Assembly: GCA_963805975.1 (NCBI GenBank)
Contig: CAWDVR010000005.1
Location: 320,001 to 384,000 of the forward strand
Origin: an uncultured Acidobacteriota bacterium
GTDB lineage: Bacteria > Acidobacteriota > Thermoanaerobaculia > Multivoradales > SZUA-115
Reading direction: 5' to 3'
Length of the DNA stretch: 64,000 nucleotides
Part shown: positions 54,796 to 64,000 of the stretch, in pieces
Numbering within the stretch: position 1 is the stretch's first letter
Layout of the letters: each line of letters begins with the position of its first letter
The notes under the pieces: model-generated
Told to the model about the DNA's origin: nothing
The model's database searches: none
Seen by the model: the letters and a program-made list of their open reading frames with translations, nothing else
Made by a program: the position numbers and the translations under genes

Positions 54796-56172
54796 CTATG
54801 CCGGGCCGCTACGTGCCGCCGTGGCGGGCTCGGGCGCCTCGGCGGCCGGAGGCGAGAACGGGATGCCGGCCGCCCGGGCCCAGGCCGCGAGGTCGCCCCA
54901 GGCCCGGTCCACGAAGGCGGCGCGACGGTCCAGCTTGCGGAACGCACCCGGCAGCTCCTCGAAGAGGCCGTAGTTGACGTTCGCGGGCTGGAAGTGCTCG
55001 GGGTCGGAGCCGGTCAGGTGGCGGGTGAGGGACCCCAGTGCGGTGGTCGCCGGGAAGGCCGGAGCGTTCCAGCCCTGGCGCTCGAGCGAGAGGTAGAGAC
55101 CGATCGAGAGCCCGGTGGCTGCCGATTCGAGATACCCCTCCACCCCCGTGATCTGGCCGGCCAGCCGCAGCCGCGGCGCGGGGCGCAGGCGGTAGAACGC
55201 GTCCAGGTGACGGGGCGAGTTGACGAAGGTGTTGCGGTGGATCTGCCCCAGGCGCACGAACTCCGCGCTCTCGAGGCCGGGGATCAGCCGCAGCACCCGC
55301 TGCTGGTCCCCCCACTTCATGCGCGACTGGAAGCCCACCAGGTTGAAGTGGCTCTTGGCCAGGTTCTCCTGCCGCATCTGCACCACGGCCCAGGGGCGGC
55401 GGCCGTCTGGGCCGCGCAGGCCGACCGGCTTCATGGGGCCGAAGCGCAGCGTGTCGACCCCGCGCCGGGCCAGCTCCTCGATCGGCAGGCAGCCCTCGAA
55501 GAAGAGCCCTTGCTCGAAGTCGTGCAGGGGGAGCACCTCGGCGGCGACCAGGGCCTGGAAGAAGGCCGCGTACTGGTCGCGGTCGAGCGGGGCATTCAGG
55601 TAGTCGGCGCTGCCTCCCTTGTCGTAGCGCGAGGCCCAGAAGAGCTTGCCCAGGTCCAGGCTCTCGGCGTCGACGATCGGGGCGATGGCGTCATAGAAGT
55701 AGAGGTGCTCGGAGCCCAGCAGGCCCTGGAGGTTCGCCGCCATCGCCGGCGAGGTGAGAGGCCCGGTGGCGATCACCACGTCGCCCGCCGGCAGCTCGGT
55801 CACCTCGCCGCGGGCGAGCGTGATCTCGGGGTGCGACGAGAGCGCGGCCGTGACGGCGGCGGCGAAGCGGTCGCGGTCCACGGCGAGGGCGCTCCCGGCC
55901 GGCACCGCGGCCCGGCGCGCGGTGCCGATGATCAGCGAGCCGAAGGCCTCCATCTCGCGCTTGAGGAGCCCGGCGGCATGGTGGGGATCGTCGCTGCGCA
56001 GCGAGTTCGAGCACACCAGCTCCGCCAGATCGCCGCTCTTGTGCGCCGGCGTCTGCCGCTCCGGTCGCATCTCGTAGAGCACCACGCGCACGCCGCGGCT
56101 CGCGAGCTGCCAGGCGCACTCGCAGCCGGCTAGGCCGCCGCCGATGACGTGGACGGGATCTTCCAAGGGCAC
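54796..56172 (-). CDS. trmFO: tRNA (uracil-5-)-methyltransferase
   Basis: [30 protein letters not shown] and [10 protein letters not shown] motifs. Confidence 0.96.
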   Translation of the reverse strand: MPLEDPVHVIGGGLAGCECAWQLASRGVRVVLYEMRPERQTPAHKSGDLAELVCSNSLRSDDPHHAAGLLKREMEAFGSLIIGTARRAAVPAGSALAVDRDRFAAAVTAALSSHPEITLARGEVTELPAGDVVIATGPLTSPAMAANLQGLLGSEHLYFYDAIAPIVDAESLDLGKLFWASRYDKGGSADYLNAPLDRDQYAAFFQALVAAEVLPLHDFEQGLFFEGCLPIEELARRGVDTLRFGPMKPVGLRGPDGRRPWAVVQMRQENLAKSHFNLVGFQSRMKWGDQQRVLRLIPGLESAEFVRLGQIHRNTFVNSPRHLDAFYRLRPAPRLRLAGQITGVEGYLESAATGLSIGLYLSLERQGWNAPAFPATTALGSLTRHLTGSDPEHFQPANVNYGLFEELPGAFRKLDRRAAFVDRAWGDLAAWARAAGIPFSPPAAEAPEPATAARSGPA

Positions 56173-56196
56173 GTGAGGATTATAGGTGCCAGGCGC

Positions 56197-57300
56197 TCAG
56201 ACCAGCCGCCGGCAATAGCCCCCTCCCGGCAGGCGCCGCACCCGGCCCTGGAGCTCGTGCTCCAGGAGCTCGGACATCACTTGGGGCAGGGGCCTGCGGA
56301 GCTCGGCCGCGAGGTCTTCCGGCATCCGCTCCTCGGCGGGTGGCAAGGCGGCGAGGAGCGGATCGGTCTCTCCGGCCTCGGTCTTCGCGGCAGCGGCTTT
56401 CTCGCGGCAGGCGAGAGGCGGCTTCAGGTGCTCCAGGATCTCACGCGGGTGCTGCACCGGGTAGGCGCCGTCGCGGATCAGCGCGTTCGGCCCCTGGGAG
56501 CCTTCCTCGAAGATGCGGCCCGGCACGGCATACACGTCGCGCCCCAGCTCCAGAGCGTGGCGCACCGTGATCAGCGAGCCCGAGCGCGCGGCGGCCCGCA
56601 CCACCAGCGTCGCCTGGGAGAGCGCGGCGAGGATGCGGTTGCGGACCGGGAACTGCCACTGCGCCGGGGGCGTGTCCGGCGGGAACTCGGAGATTCTGGC
56701 GCCGCGGAGAGCGATCTCGCGACCGAGCTTCGCGTGGCCGCGTGGATAGTCGACGGCGAGGCCGCAGCCGAGCACCGCCACCGTCCTGCCCTCGGGCGCG
56801 GCGAGCGCCGCGCGATGGGCGGTGGCGTCGACCCCGTAGGCGAAGCCGGAGACCACGATCGCCCCGGCCGCGGCCAGCTCAGAGGCGAAGAGCTCGGCCA
56901 CCTCGCGGCCGTAGAGGTCCACGCGCCGTGAGCCCACGACCGTGACCGCCGGTCCCGGCGGCAGCCGGCCCTGGACGTAGATCGCGGGCGGCGGCTGGGG
57001 CAGGTCGGCGAGAGCGGCGGGATAGCCCTCGTCGGCCGCGCTCAGGATCTCGGCCCCCACCTCGGCCGCGCGCTGCCGCGCTTCGGCCGCGAGCTTCCCC
57101 GCCCGGCGGCGGATCCGCTCCGCCACCGTGAGGATGTCCCGGTCGACCCCGAGCGTGGCGGCCAGAGCTGGATCGGCGGCGGGTGCCGGGTGCTCCGCCC
57201 AGGAAGCCACGCCCAGCGCGAGACGGCACGCCTTCTCTCTCGGCAGCCAGGGCGAGGCGTTCAGGGCGACCAGCAGGTCGGGGACGGCGACAGCTCTCAC
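56197..57300 (-). CDS. dprA: DNA-processing protein
   Basis: VVGSR, VSGFAYGVD, FPVRNRI, SGSLIT and VPGRI motifs. Start codon uncertain. Confidence 0.93.
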   Translation of the reverse strand: MRAVAVPDLLVALNASPWLPREKACRLALGVASWAEHPAPAADPALAATLGVDRDILTVAERIRRRAGKLAAEARQRAAEVGAEILSAADEGYPAALADLPQPPPAIYVQGRLPPGPAVTVVGSRRVDLYGREVAELFASELAAAGAIVVSGFAYGVDATAHRAALAAPEGRTVAVLGCGLAVDYPRGHAKLGREIALRGARISEFPPDTPPAQWQFPVRNRILAALSQATLVVRAAARSGSLITVRHALELGRDVYAVPGRIFEEGSQGPNALIRDGAYPVQHPREILEHLKPPLACREKAAAAKTEAGETDPLLAALPPAEERMPEDLAAELRRPLPQVMSELLEHELQGRVRRLPGGGYCRRLV

Positions 57301-57492
57301 GCGGGCACTCCTCTCGGTTTTCTCTCTGGCACCCAGGTTGCACTTCCCTCCCGCGTGCTTTCCTCGGACAAGAAGACGGAAATCGGTGGCCGGACCTTGC
57401 ACCGGCAGTGGGCCGAGGCTCGTCCGGAGGGCTCGAGGCGGTCGTATATACTGGCGACCATTCGTTTTTCGGGGTGGCGGAGGAGCTCTCTC

Positions 57493-57927
57493 ATGGGTCT
57501 CGAACGAGCACGAAACATGAGCCGGGTAGTGGGTGCCGCAGCCGTGCTGGCAGCCGCGCTGTGGGTCGCGGGCGCGGCCGACGCGAAGCCCGCGCCGGCC
57601 GGCGCGCAGCTCTCCTTCGGCGTCCAGATGGCGCGCAGCGGCCTATGGAACGAGGCTTTTTTCCGCTTCCAGCAGGCGGCGCAGCTCGATCCGGGAAACC
57701 CGCGGATCCTCAACAACCTGGCGGTCGCCTCCGAGGCGCGGGGAGACTTCGAGGGAGCGCTGCGCTTCTATCAGGAAGCGCTCAGGATCAACTCCAACGA
57801 CGCCGAGGTCAAGCGCAACTACGCGCGCTTCGTCGAGTTCTACCAGAGCTTCAAAGCCGGCGGCCAGGAGGCCGATCCGGAGGCGAAACCGGAGGCTGCC
57901 GCCGAGTCCGGTACAGGGGACGGCTGA
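57493..57927 (+). CDS. Small exported TPR protein
   Basis: Signal peptide; LWNEA.FRF, NNLAVA.E..G.F..A..Y..AL TPR repeats. Confidence 0.8.
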   Translation: MGLERARNMSRVVGAAAVLAAALWVAGAADAKPAPAGAQLSFGVQMARSGLWNEAFFRFQQAAQLDPGNPRILNNLAVASEARGDFEGALRFYQEALRINSNDAEVKRNYARFVEFYQSFKAGGQEADPEAKPEAAAESGTGDG

Positions 57928-57960
57928 GTCCTCAGCGGGGAACAACGGCACTCGACAAGG

Positions 57961-58007
57961 CTCGTGTCCCAGGAACCTCGTGTCCCAGGAACCCGTGTCC
58001 CAGGAAA
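57961..58007 (+). repeat. Triple tandem 15-16 bp repeat
   Basis: CTCGTGTCCCAGGAAC twice, then CCGTGTCCCAGGAAA. Confidence 0.9.
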
Positions 58008-58029
58008 AGGTTGGAGCGGAGGTCGGATC

Positions 58030-58725
58030 ATGTTGAAAGGTAAAGCGCTCCTCGTGGCGCTCTCGCTGGTCGCAGCGGCGTCGCCCCTGGCGGCCGGCAC
58101 CACCGAGGTCCGGCTGAAGCTCCCGCAGCGGGCGAAGCTCGACCTCGCCGGCCGCAAGACCATCGCCGTGGTGCCGTTCCTGGTGGTGAGCCAGGAAGGG
58201 CAGGAAAAGGTCCGCGGCCGGGACATCAACGTGCAGCAGGAGTTCGAGCGCTACCTGCTCAAGGTGCTGCGCCGCGACACCGACCTGAAAGTGGTCGAGC
58301 CCGGTCCCGTCCAGTACCCGGTGTTCGATCTCGAGCGGCTGGCCAAGGAGCAGGATTTCTGGGCCGCGCTGGGCGAGCGCAGCCAGGCCGACGTCATCCT
58401 CGCCGGGAGCCTCGACTTCGACATCCAGGACCGCACCGGCTACCGCACCGAGGAGTACACCATGCCGTTCGACGGCCGCACCTACCGGCGCCAGGTGCTG
58501 GTGGAGCAGACCGGCTTCGAGTACGACATCCTGATGCAGGTCTACGACGGCAGGAACGGCAAGCTCATGTACACCGACAACTTCAAGGACTTCCAATCGA
58601 TCGAAGGAGAGGACGCCGATCCTCTGAAGGGCATGTTCGAGAACCTCTTCGCCTTGGAAGACCGCATCGTCAACGTCTTCACGCAGAAGAGCGTCGAGGC
58701 CGCCCGCATCCTGTTCACGGATTAA
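58030..58725 (+). CDS. Exported alpha/beta protein (TolB-N/CsgG-like fold suspected)
   Basis: Signal peptide; TIAVVPF...ADVILAGSL pattern. Confidence 0.6.
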   Translation: MLKGKALLVALSLVAAASPLAAGTTEVRLKLPQRAKLDLAGRKTIAVVPFLVVSQEGQEKVRGRDINVQQEFERYLLKVLRRDTDLKVVEPGPVQYPVFDLERLAKEQDFWAALGERSQADVILAGSLDFDIQDRTGYRTEEYTMPFDGRTYRRQVLVEQTGFEYDILMQVYDGRNGKLMYTDNFKDFQSIEGEDADPLKGMFENLFALEDRIVNVFTQKSVEAARILFTD

Positions 58726-58738
58726 AAGGAGACCTCCC

Positions 58739-61657
58739 TTGGCTCGTCCACGCCCCTCGAGCTTCGCCCTCTGTCTCGCCGCTCTCGCGCTGCTGGCGCT
58801 GGCCGGCGTGCCGCCGGCCGCGGCCCAGTTCCGCGGCTTCGGCAAGAACAAGGTCCGCTACGACGACTTCCGGTGGCAGGTCTACCACTCGCCGCACTTC
58901 GACGTCTACTTCTACCCGGAAGAGGAGCACCTGCTGCAGAAGGTGGTCTCCTTCGCCGAGAGCTCCTACGACCAGCTCTCGCGGGAGTTCGACTTCCAGA
59001 TCCAGGAGCCGACGCCGCTCATCTTCTACCGCACCCACGCCGAGTTCGAGCAGAACAACGTCATCCTGAACTTCATCCCCGAGAACATCGCCGCCTTCGC
59101 CTCGCCGGCGCGCAACCGCATGGTGATGCCGGTGGGCATGCCGGACCGCGACCTCTACGAGCTCATCACCCACGAGCTGACCCACATCTTCCAGTACCAC
59201 ATCCTCTTCCAGGGGAGCCTCTCCCGCGCCGCCACGCTCCGGCCGCCGCAGTGGTTCATGGAGGGGATGGCGAGCTACATGGCGAACGACGAGGACGCCT
59301 ATGCCCGCATGGTTCTGCGGGACGCGGTGGTCAACGACTTCATCCCGTCGGTGGCGGAGGGCAACGCCTCGGGCTACTTCGCCTACCGCTTCGGCCACGC
59401 GGTCTTCGACTACATCGAGGAGCGCTGGGGCAAAGAGGGGTTCCGCGATTTCATGTACGAGTTCAGGAACACTCTGGGCGGCCGTACCGGCCGCGCTCTC
59501 GAGCGCTCGTTCCGCATCCAGCCCGAGGACTTCGATATCGAGTTCCGCCGCTGGCTGCGCCAGAAGTACCTGCGCCAGCTGGTCGAGACCGGCGAGCCGA
59601 GCGACTTCGGCAAGCCCTTCCGCGTCGAGGACCTTCCCGGCACCCAGGAGCTGTCCGCCATCGCCTCGCCCTCGGGCGATCTCGTCGCCTCCTTCAGCGC
59701 CCAGCGGGGCGACCTCGACATCGTGCTCTTCGACACCCAGAAGCGGCGCCAGATCAAGAACCTCACCAAGGGCCTGTCCACCTCCTACGACTACCTGGTG
59801 GTGCAGGCGGCGACCGTCGGCCGCCGCATGGGGCGCGACCTCGCCTTCTCCCCGGACGGCAACTTCATCGGGGTCTTCGCCCGCCGCGACGCGGGACGGG
59901 AGCTACTGCTGTTCGACGTGCTCAAGGGAGGCATCGCCCGCTCGATCGAGATGGACGTCGATCAGCAGACCGGCCTCTCCTGGAGCCCGGACGGCAAGAA
60001 GATCGCATTCTCCGGCGCCCGCAACGGCCACTTCGACATCTACCTGCTCGACCTGGACACCAACGAGATCACCCCGGTCACCAGCGACCCGATCTTCGAC
60101 GGCGCTCCCGCCTTCTCGCCGGACGGCAAGTCGCTGGTCTTCAGCTCGGAGGTCGGCGGCCACGCCAAGCTCTTCCGCATCGACTTCGCCGATCCCGGCA
60201 AGCGCTTCCAGCTCACGGGCGGCGAATCCGAGGACAAGGACGCCATCTACTCGCCCGACGGCAAGCGGATCTACTACACCTCGGAGCGCGACGACTACGA
60301 CAACATCTTCGTCCTCGACCTCGAGAACAACGAGATCCGACAGTACACGGACGTGGTGACGGGTTGCTTCCAGCCCGCCGTGCTGCCGCGGCCCGAGGGC
60401 AGGGAGAGCCTGGTCTTCGGCGGCGTCTGGGCCGGCCAGCACAAGCTCTACCTCTCCGACCTCGAGCAGGCGGTGGGCGAGCCGCAGAAGCTCGAAGCCC
60501 CCACTCCGCCTGCCGCGGCGGACGAGCTGGCCAAGTTCGAGCCCTCGATCGAGGTCTCGATCGACGACGCCAACAAGGACAAGTACGGCGGCTACAAGTT
60601 CTTCCTGACCGACGCCCAGACCTTCCTCGGCGTCGACGACAGCCAGACCTTCCTGGGTACCGTCGTCCTCACCTTCTCCGACTACCTGGGCGACAAGCAG
60701 ATCTTGGCCGTGCTCTCCTCCTACGACGCGCTGTCGAACTTCTACGGCCGCTACACGGACCTCTCGAACCGCCTGCAGAAGTACGTGGCGGTCTACGACG
60801 ACCGCGACTTCCTGTTCCTGCTGCGCGACTCGCAGACCGGCCAGATCCTGGCCCGTGACGGCGAGATCCGCCTGACCGGTGTGCAGGCGGGTGTCAACTA
60901 CCCGTTCGGCCTGAGAACCCGGGCCGAGGCCGGCATCGGCTACGTGTACCGGAAGTTCCCGGTGGAGGTGGCTACGCCCGGGGGCGGAGTGGGCCTGCTG
61001 GAGATCAAAGACGACTTCCCGTACGTGGAGGCGGCGCTGGTCGGGGACTCGGCCCTCTTCACGTCGTTCGGGCCGGTGGCCGGCCGCCGCTGGCGGCTCG
61101 ACGGCAACTATGCCCCGGACCTGGATGGGAGCGGCACCCTGACCTCGGAGCTCTCCGGCGACTTCCGCCAGTATCTGCCGACCTCGTTGCGCTCCGGCTT
61201 CGCGCTGCGCGCTTTCGCCGGCGCCCGCTTCGGCAACAACCCGACGCCGTTCCGCATCGGCGGTGAGAGCATCCGGAGCTTCCGTTTCCGCGAGCTGTCC
61301 GGCGATCGCGCCTTTTTCACCACTGCGGAGTTCCGTTTCCCGCTGATCGACGAGCTGCGCACCCCTGCGGTGCGATTCCAGAACATCCGCGGCCGGGTGT
61401 TCCTCGACGTGGGAGCGGTGTGGTACGACGAGTTCGGTGTCCTGGTGCGGCAGCCCGACGGCTTCTTCGCCTTCCAAGACTTCGAGTTCTGGGACAGCGA
61501 AGAGAACCGGCTCCGGGACGGGGTGGCGGTCTACGGCATGGGGTTCACGTTGCAGTTCATCGGTCTCGACCTCAACTGGGACATTGGCAAGCGCTTCGAC
61601 GGCAAGGACACGCTCTCGGACTTCACTACTACGTTCACCATCGGTACGCGGTTCTAA
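58739..61657 (+). CDS. Outer-membrane Omp85-family protein with an N-terminal gluzincin-like domain and a PD40 propeller
   Basis: HELTH plus WFMEGMA, repeated xSPDGK motifs, EFRFPL and FLDVG barrel motifs, terminal TIGTRF. Confidence 0.85.
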   Translation: MARPRPSSFALCLAALALLALAGVPPAAAQFRGFGKNKVRYDDFRWQVYHSPHFDVYFYPEEEHLLQKVVSFAESSYDQLSREFDFQIQEPTPLIFYRTHAEFEQNNVILNFIPENIAAFASPARNRMVMPVGMPDRDLYELITHELTHIFQYHILFQGSLSRAATLRPPQWFMEGMASYMANDEDAYARMVLRDAVVNDFIPSVAEGNASGYFAYRFGHAVFDYIEERWGKEGFRDFMYEFRNTLGGRTGRALERSFRIQPEDFDIEFRRWLRQKYLRQLVETGEPSDFGKPFRVEDLPGTQELSAIASPSGDLVASFSAQRGDLDIVLFDTQKRRQIKNLTKGLSTSYDYLVVQAATVGRRMGRDLAFSPDGNFIGVFARRDAGRELLLFDVLKGGIARSIEMDVDQQTGLSWSPDGKKIAFSGARNGHFDIYLLDLDTNEITPVTSDPIFDGAPAFSPDGKSLVFSSEVGGHAKLFRIDFADPGKRFQLTGGESEDKDAIYSPDGKRIYYTSERDDYDNIFVLDLENNEIRQYTDVVTGCFQPAVLPRPEGRESLVFGGVWAGQHKLYLSDLEQAVGEPQKLEAPTPPAAADELAKFEPSIEVSIDDANKDKYGGYKFFLTDAQTFLGVDDSQTFLGTVVLTFSDYLGDKQILAVLSSYDALSNFYGRYTDLSNRLQKYVAVYDDRDFLFLLRDSQTGQILARDGEIRLTGVQAGVNYPFGLRTRAEAGIGYVYRKFPVEVATPGGGVGLLEIKDDFPYVEAALVGDSALFTSFGPVAGRRWRLDGNYAPDLDGSGTLTSELSGDFRQYLPTSLRSGFALRAFAGARFGNNPTPFRIGGESIRSFRFRELSGDRAFFTTAEFRFPLIDELRTPAVRFQNIRGRVFLDVGAVWYDEFGVLVRQPDGFFAFQDFEFWDSEENRLRDGVAVYGMGFTLQFIGLDLNWDIGKRFDGKDTLSDFTTTFTIGTRF

Positions 61658-61658
61658 C

Positions 61659-61745
61659 GGGACGGCCGGCACAGGTCCGGCCGCTACGGGCTCTCCGGTC
61701 ATCGTTGGTTCCAGACGTAGCGGCCGGACCTGTGCCGGCCGTCCC
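61659..61745. repeat. Perfect 30-bp inverted repeat forming a GTAG-family REP doublet (REPIN-like)
   Basis: 61659-61688 is the exact reverse complement of 61716-61745; each arm contains GTAG-CGGCCGG-acctgtg-CCGGCCG. Confidence 0.8.
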
Positions 61746-61793
61746 TCTCAGGTTGTAGGGCTTGCCCGAACGGCGCTACAATCCGATCAACCT

Positions 61794-62558
61794 ATGCAGA
61801 TTCGCGTATTGGGCTGCTACGGCGGCGAGAGCCGGGACTGCCACACCACCTGCCTGCTGATCAACGAGGCCCTGGCGCTCGATGCGGGCTCCCTGACCCG
61901 CGTCCTCTCCCTCGAGCAGCAGCTTGCGATCCGAACCGTCGTGCTCTCTCACGCGCACGTCGACCACACGAGCTGCCTGCCGTTCTTCGTCGAAAACTCC
62001 TACGGTGCGCTCGAGGCTCCGGTCGACGTCTATGCGGGCGGCGCCACGATTGCCGCGCTGCGCAGCCATCTGTTCAACGACGAGGCGTGGCCGGACTTCA
62101 CCCGCCTGCCGAACGCCTCGGCGCCGGCCGTGCGCTTCCACGAGATCCGCGCCGGCGAGTCGTTCGAGCTCGCGGGCGTCTCGTGGACGCCGATCCCCGT
62201 CCATCACCCCGTGCCGACGTTCGGCTTCCTCCTCGCGGACGCCTCCGGCTCCGTGCTGTGGTCGAGCGACACCGGGCCCACGGACGAGCTGTGGCAGGCG
62301 GCCAACCGGGCGACCGATCTCAAGGCCGTGTGCCTGGACACCAGCTTCGACAACGCGCTGCAGAAGGTGGCCGACGCTTCCGGGCACCTCACGCCGCTGG
62401 CGCTCGAGCGCGAGCTCGAGAAGCTCGAGCGCCAGGTGCCGGTGCTGCTGCACCATCTCAAGCCGCCTTCGGTGGCGCGCATCCACGAGGAGGTCCGGCG
62501 GCTCGGCAACCCGAACCTGGGCTACCTGGAGCAGGGCGAGAGCTACGATTTTTCGTGA
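61794..62558 (+). CDS. Class II cAMP phosphodiesterase-like metallo-beta-lactamase-fold hydrolase
   Basis: VLGCYGG, LDAG, SHAHVDH, HLFN...WPDF, SDTGPT, HLTP and HLKP motifs. Confidence 0.85.
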   Translation: MQIRVLGCYGGESRDCHTTCLLINEALALDAGSLTRVLSLEQQLAIRTVVLSHAHVDHTSCLPFFVENSYGALEAPVDVYAGGATIAALRSHLFNDEAWPDFTRLPNASAPAVRFHEIRAGESFELAGVSWTPIPVHHPVPTFGFLLADASGSVLWSSDTGPTDELWQAANRATDLKAVCLDTSFDNALQKVADASGHLTPLALERELEKLERQVPVLLHHLKPPSVARIHEEVRRLGNPNLGYLEQGESYDFS

Positions 62559-62591
62559 TACCGTTGCCCGCGACGGAGGCTCCCTTCCCGC

Positions 62592-63467
62592 TTGCAGCAG
62601 TCGCTCTTCGACACCCCAACGGATCCGTCTTACCCCGGCCTCCCGGCCGCGGTCTCCAACTGTCGGCCTCGCACCCCTTCTGACTCGCCGTTACGGCTCG
62701 TGGTCCTGGGCTCCGGCTCGGGTGGCAACGCCGTCGTCGTCGAAGCCGACGGGCGCCGCCTGCTGCTCGACGCCGGCTTCTCCTGCCGTGAGATCGAGCG
62801 CCGCCTGGCCCGGATGGGCCTCGCGCCCACGGCCTTCGACGGCCTGGTGCTGACCCACGAGCACGTGGATCACGTGCGGGGCGCCGACCGCTTCTGCCGC
62901 CGCCACGGCGTGCCGCTCTTTGCCACTGCCGGCACCCTCCAAGGAGTGGCGCTCTCGGAGGCGACGGGGCGCGGCGCGACCGTGATCCGTTCGGGCGAGC
63001 CCTGGGAGATCGGCGGCTTTCGGCTCGAGGCGTTCGGCATTCCGCACGACGCGCGCGAGCCCGTGGGGCTGGTGCTCGAGGACGCCCACGGGCGGCGCAT
63101 CGGCCTGGTGGCGGATCTCGGCACCCGGAGCCGCCTCGCCTGGGGCCGGCTGGCCGAGCTCGACCTCTTGCTCCTCGAGACCAACCACGACCTCGAGATG
63201 CTGCGCAACGGCCCCTATCCCTGGCCGCTCAAGCAGCGGGTGGCCGGGCGCCATGGGCACCTCTCGAACGCCGATGCCGCCGAGGGCCTGGCCGAGCTGC
63301 TCTGCGATCGTCTCCAACGGGTGGTGCTCTACCACCTCTCGCGCACCAACAACCTGCCGGCCCTGGCCGCCGCCGCGATCGGCGAGGCGCTCTCCCGGGA
63401 GGGCTCGCCGGCCACGCTGGTGGTCAGCGAGCAGCACCAACCGACCGACTGGCTGGAGATCCCGTGA
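62592..63467 (+). CDS. YycJ/WalJ-like MBL-fold hydrolase
   Basis: GSGSGGN, THEHVDH, PHDA, ETNHD, GHLSN and HLSRTNN motifs. Confidence 0.9.
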   Translation: MQQSLFDTPTDPSYPGLPAAVSNCRPRTPSDSPLRLVVLGSGSGGNAVVVEADGRRLLLDAGFSCREIERRLARMGLAPTAFDGLVLTHEHVDHVRGADRFCRRHGVPLFATAGTLQGVALSEATGRGATVIRSGEPWEIGGFRLEAFGIPHDAREPVGLVLEDAHGRRIGLVADLGTRSRLAWGRLAELDLLLLETNHDLEMLRNGPYPWPLKQRVAGRHGHLSNADAAEGLAELLCDRLQRVVLYHLSRTNNLPALAAAAIGEALSREGSPATLVVSEQHQPTDWLEIP

Positions 63468-63489
63468 AGCACCGCCCAGGAGAAGCGCC

Positions 63490-63750
63490 ATGAGAGCCCG
63501 CGTCACCGTCTATCCCCGGCCCGAGATCCTCGACCCGCAAGGCAAGGCGATCCGGGACGCCCTCGCCCGCCTGGGGTTCGACCAGGTTCTCGATCTGCGC
63601 GCCGGCAAGAGCTTCGACATCGAGCTCGCCGGGACGGACCCCGCCGCCGCCAGGGCCGACCTCGAGGAGATGTGCCGGCGCCTGCTGGCGAACCCCCTGG
63701 TCGAGAGCTATGCCGTCGAGCTCGCCACGCCCGAGGATGCAGCGCGATGA
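63490..63750 (+). CDS. purS: Phosphoribosylformylglycinamidine synthase subunit PurS
   Basis: LDPQGKAI, RAGKSF and LLANPLVE motifs. Confidence 0.93.
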   Translation: MRARVTVYPRPEILDPQGKAIRDALARLGFDQVLDLRAGKSFDIELAGTDPAAARADLEEMCRRLLANPLVESYAVELATPEDAAR

Positions 63751-64000
63751 GGTGTGGCGTCGTCATGTTCCCGGGCAGCAACTGCGACCACGACGTCTAC
63801 CACGTGCTCAAGCACGTTCTGGGGCAGGACGCGACCTTCCTCTGGCACCAGGACGACTCGCTCAAGGCCTGCGAGCTGGTGGTGGTGCCGGGGGGCTTCT
63901 CCTACGGCGACTACCTGCGCGCCGGCGCGCTCGCCGCCCAGTCGCCGATGATGGCGGCCATCCGCCGCCACGCCGCGGCCGGCGGCCTGGTGCTCGGCGT
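63747..64000 (+). CDS. purQ: Phosphoribosylformylglycinamidine synthase subunit PurQ (partial)
   Basis: FPGSNCD and PGGFSYGDYLRAG motifs; runs off the window edge. Confidence 0.93.
   Translation, partial: MRCGVVMFPGSNCDHDVYHVLKHVLGQDATFLWHQDDSLKACELVVVPGGFSYGDYLRAGALAAQSPMMAAIRRHAAAGGLVLG

Noticed and set aside
57961-58007. Possible CRISPR array
   Set aside because: The repeats are only 16 bp, contiguous, have no spacers, and no cas genes are present.

Overview
Very GC-rich bacterial chromosome segment. The gene set and a C-terminal 'CLxxGRF...FWFF...ELLVKVLDAC' domain suggest Acidobacteriota (Thermoanaerobaculia-like); this is an inference. In order, it carries: lipid A genes (waaA, lpxK, lpxL); an ECF sigma/zinc anti-sigma pair heading a T2SS/T4P-like cluster; dut; an amber-interrupted CxxCH protein; a nine-gene arginine operon; a decayed region with a TonB receptor, FecR/ECF pair and paralog fragments; an Oar-type TonB receptor; acnA; queD-queE; gltA; apbE; dapF; hslUV; xerC; trmFO; dprA; a peptidase/PD40/Omp85 protein; and purS-purQ. 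The best candidate novelty is the arg operon. It lacks argA and argJ, its transcarbamylase carries the succinyl-type specificity residue, and it contains a DUF1611/DgcN-like gene that may be an undescribed glutamate N-acyl (succinyl) transferase. Also notable are a candidate antisense-strand sRNA with its own promoter and terminator, a GTAG-type REP doublet, and many apparently leaderless genes. Several indel-rich patches may be sequencing errors.
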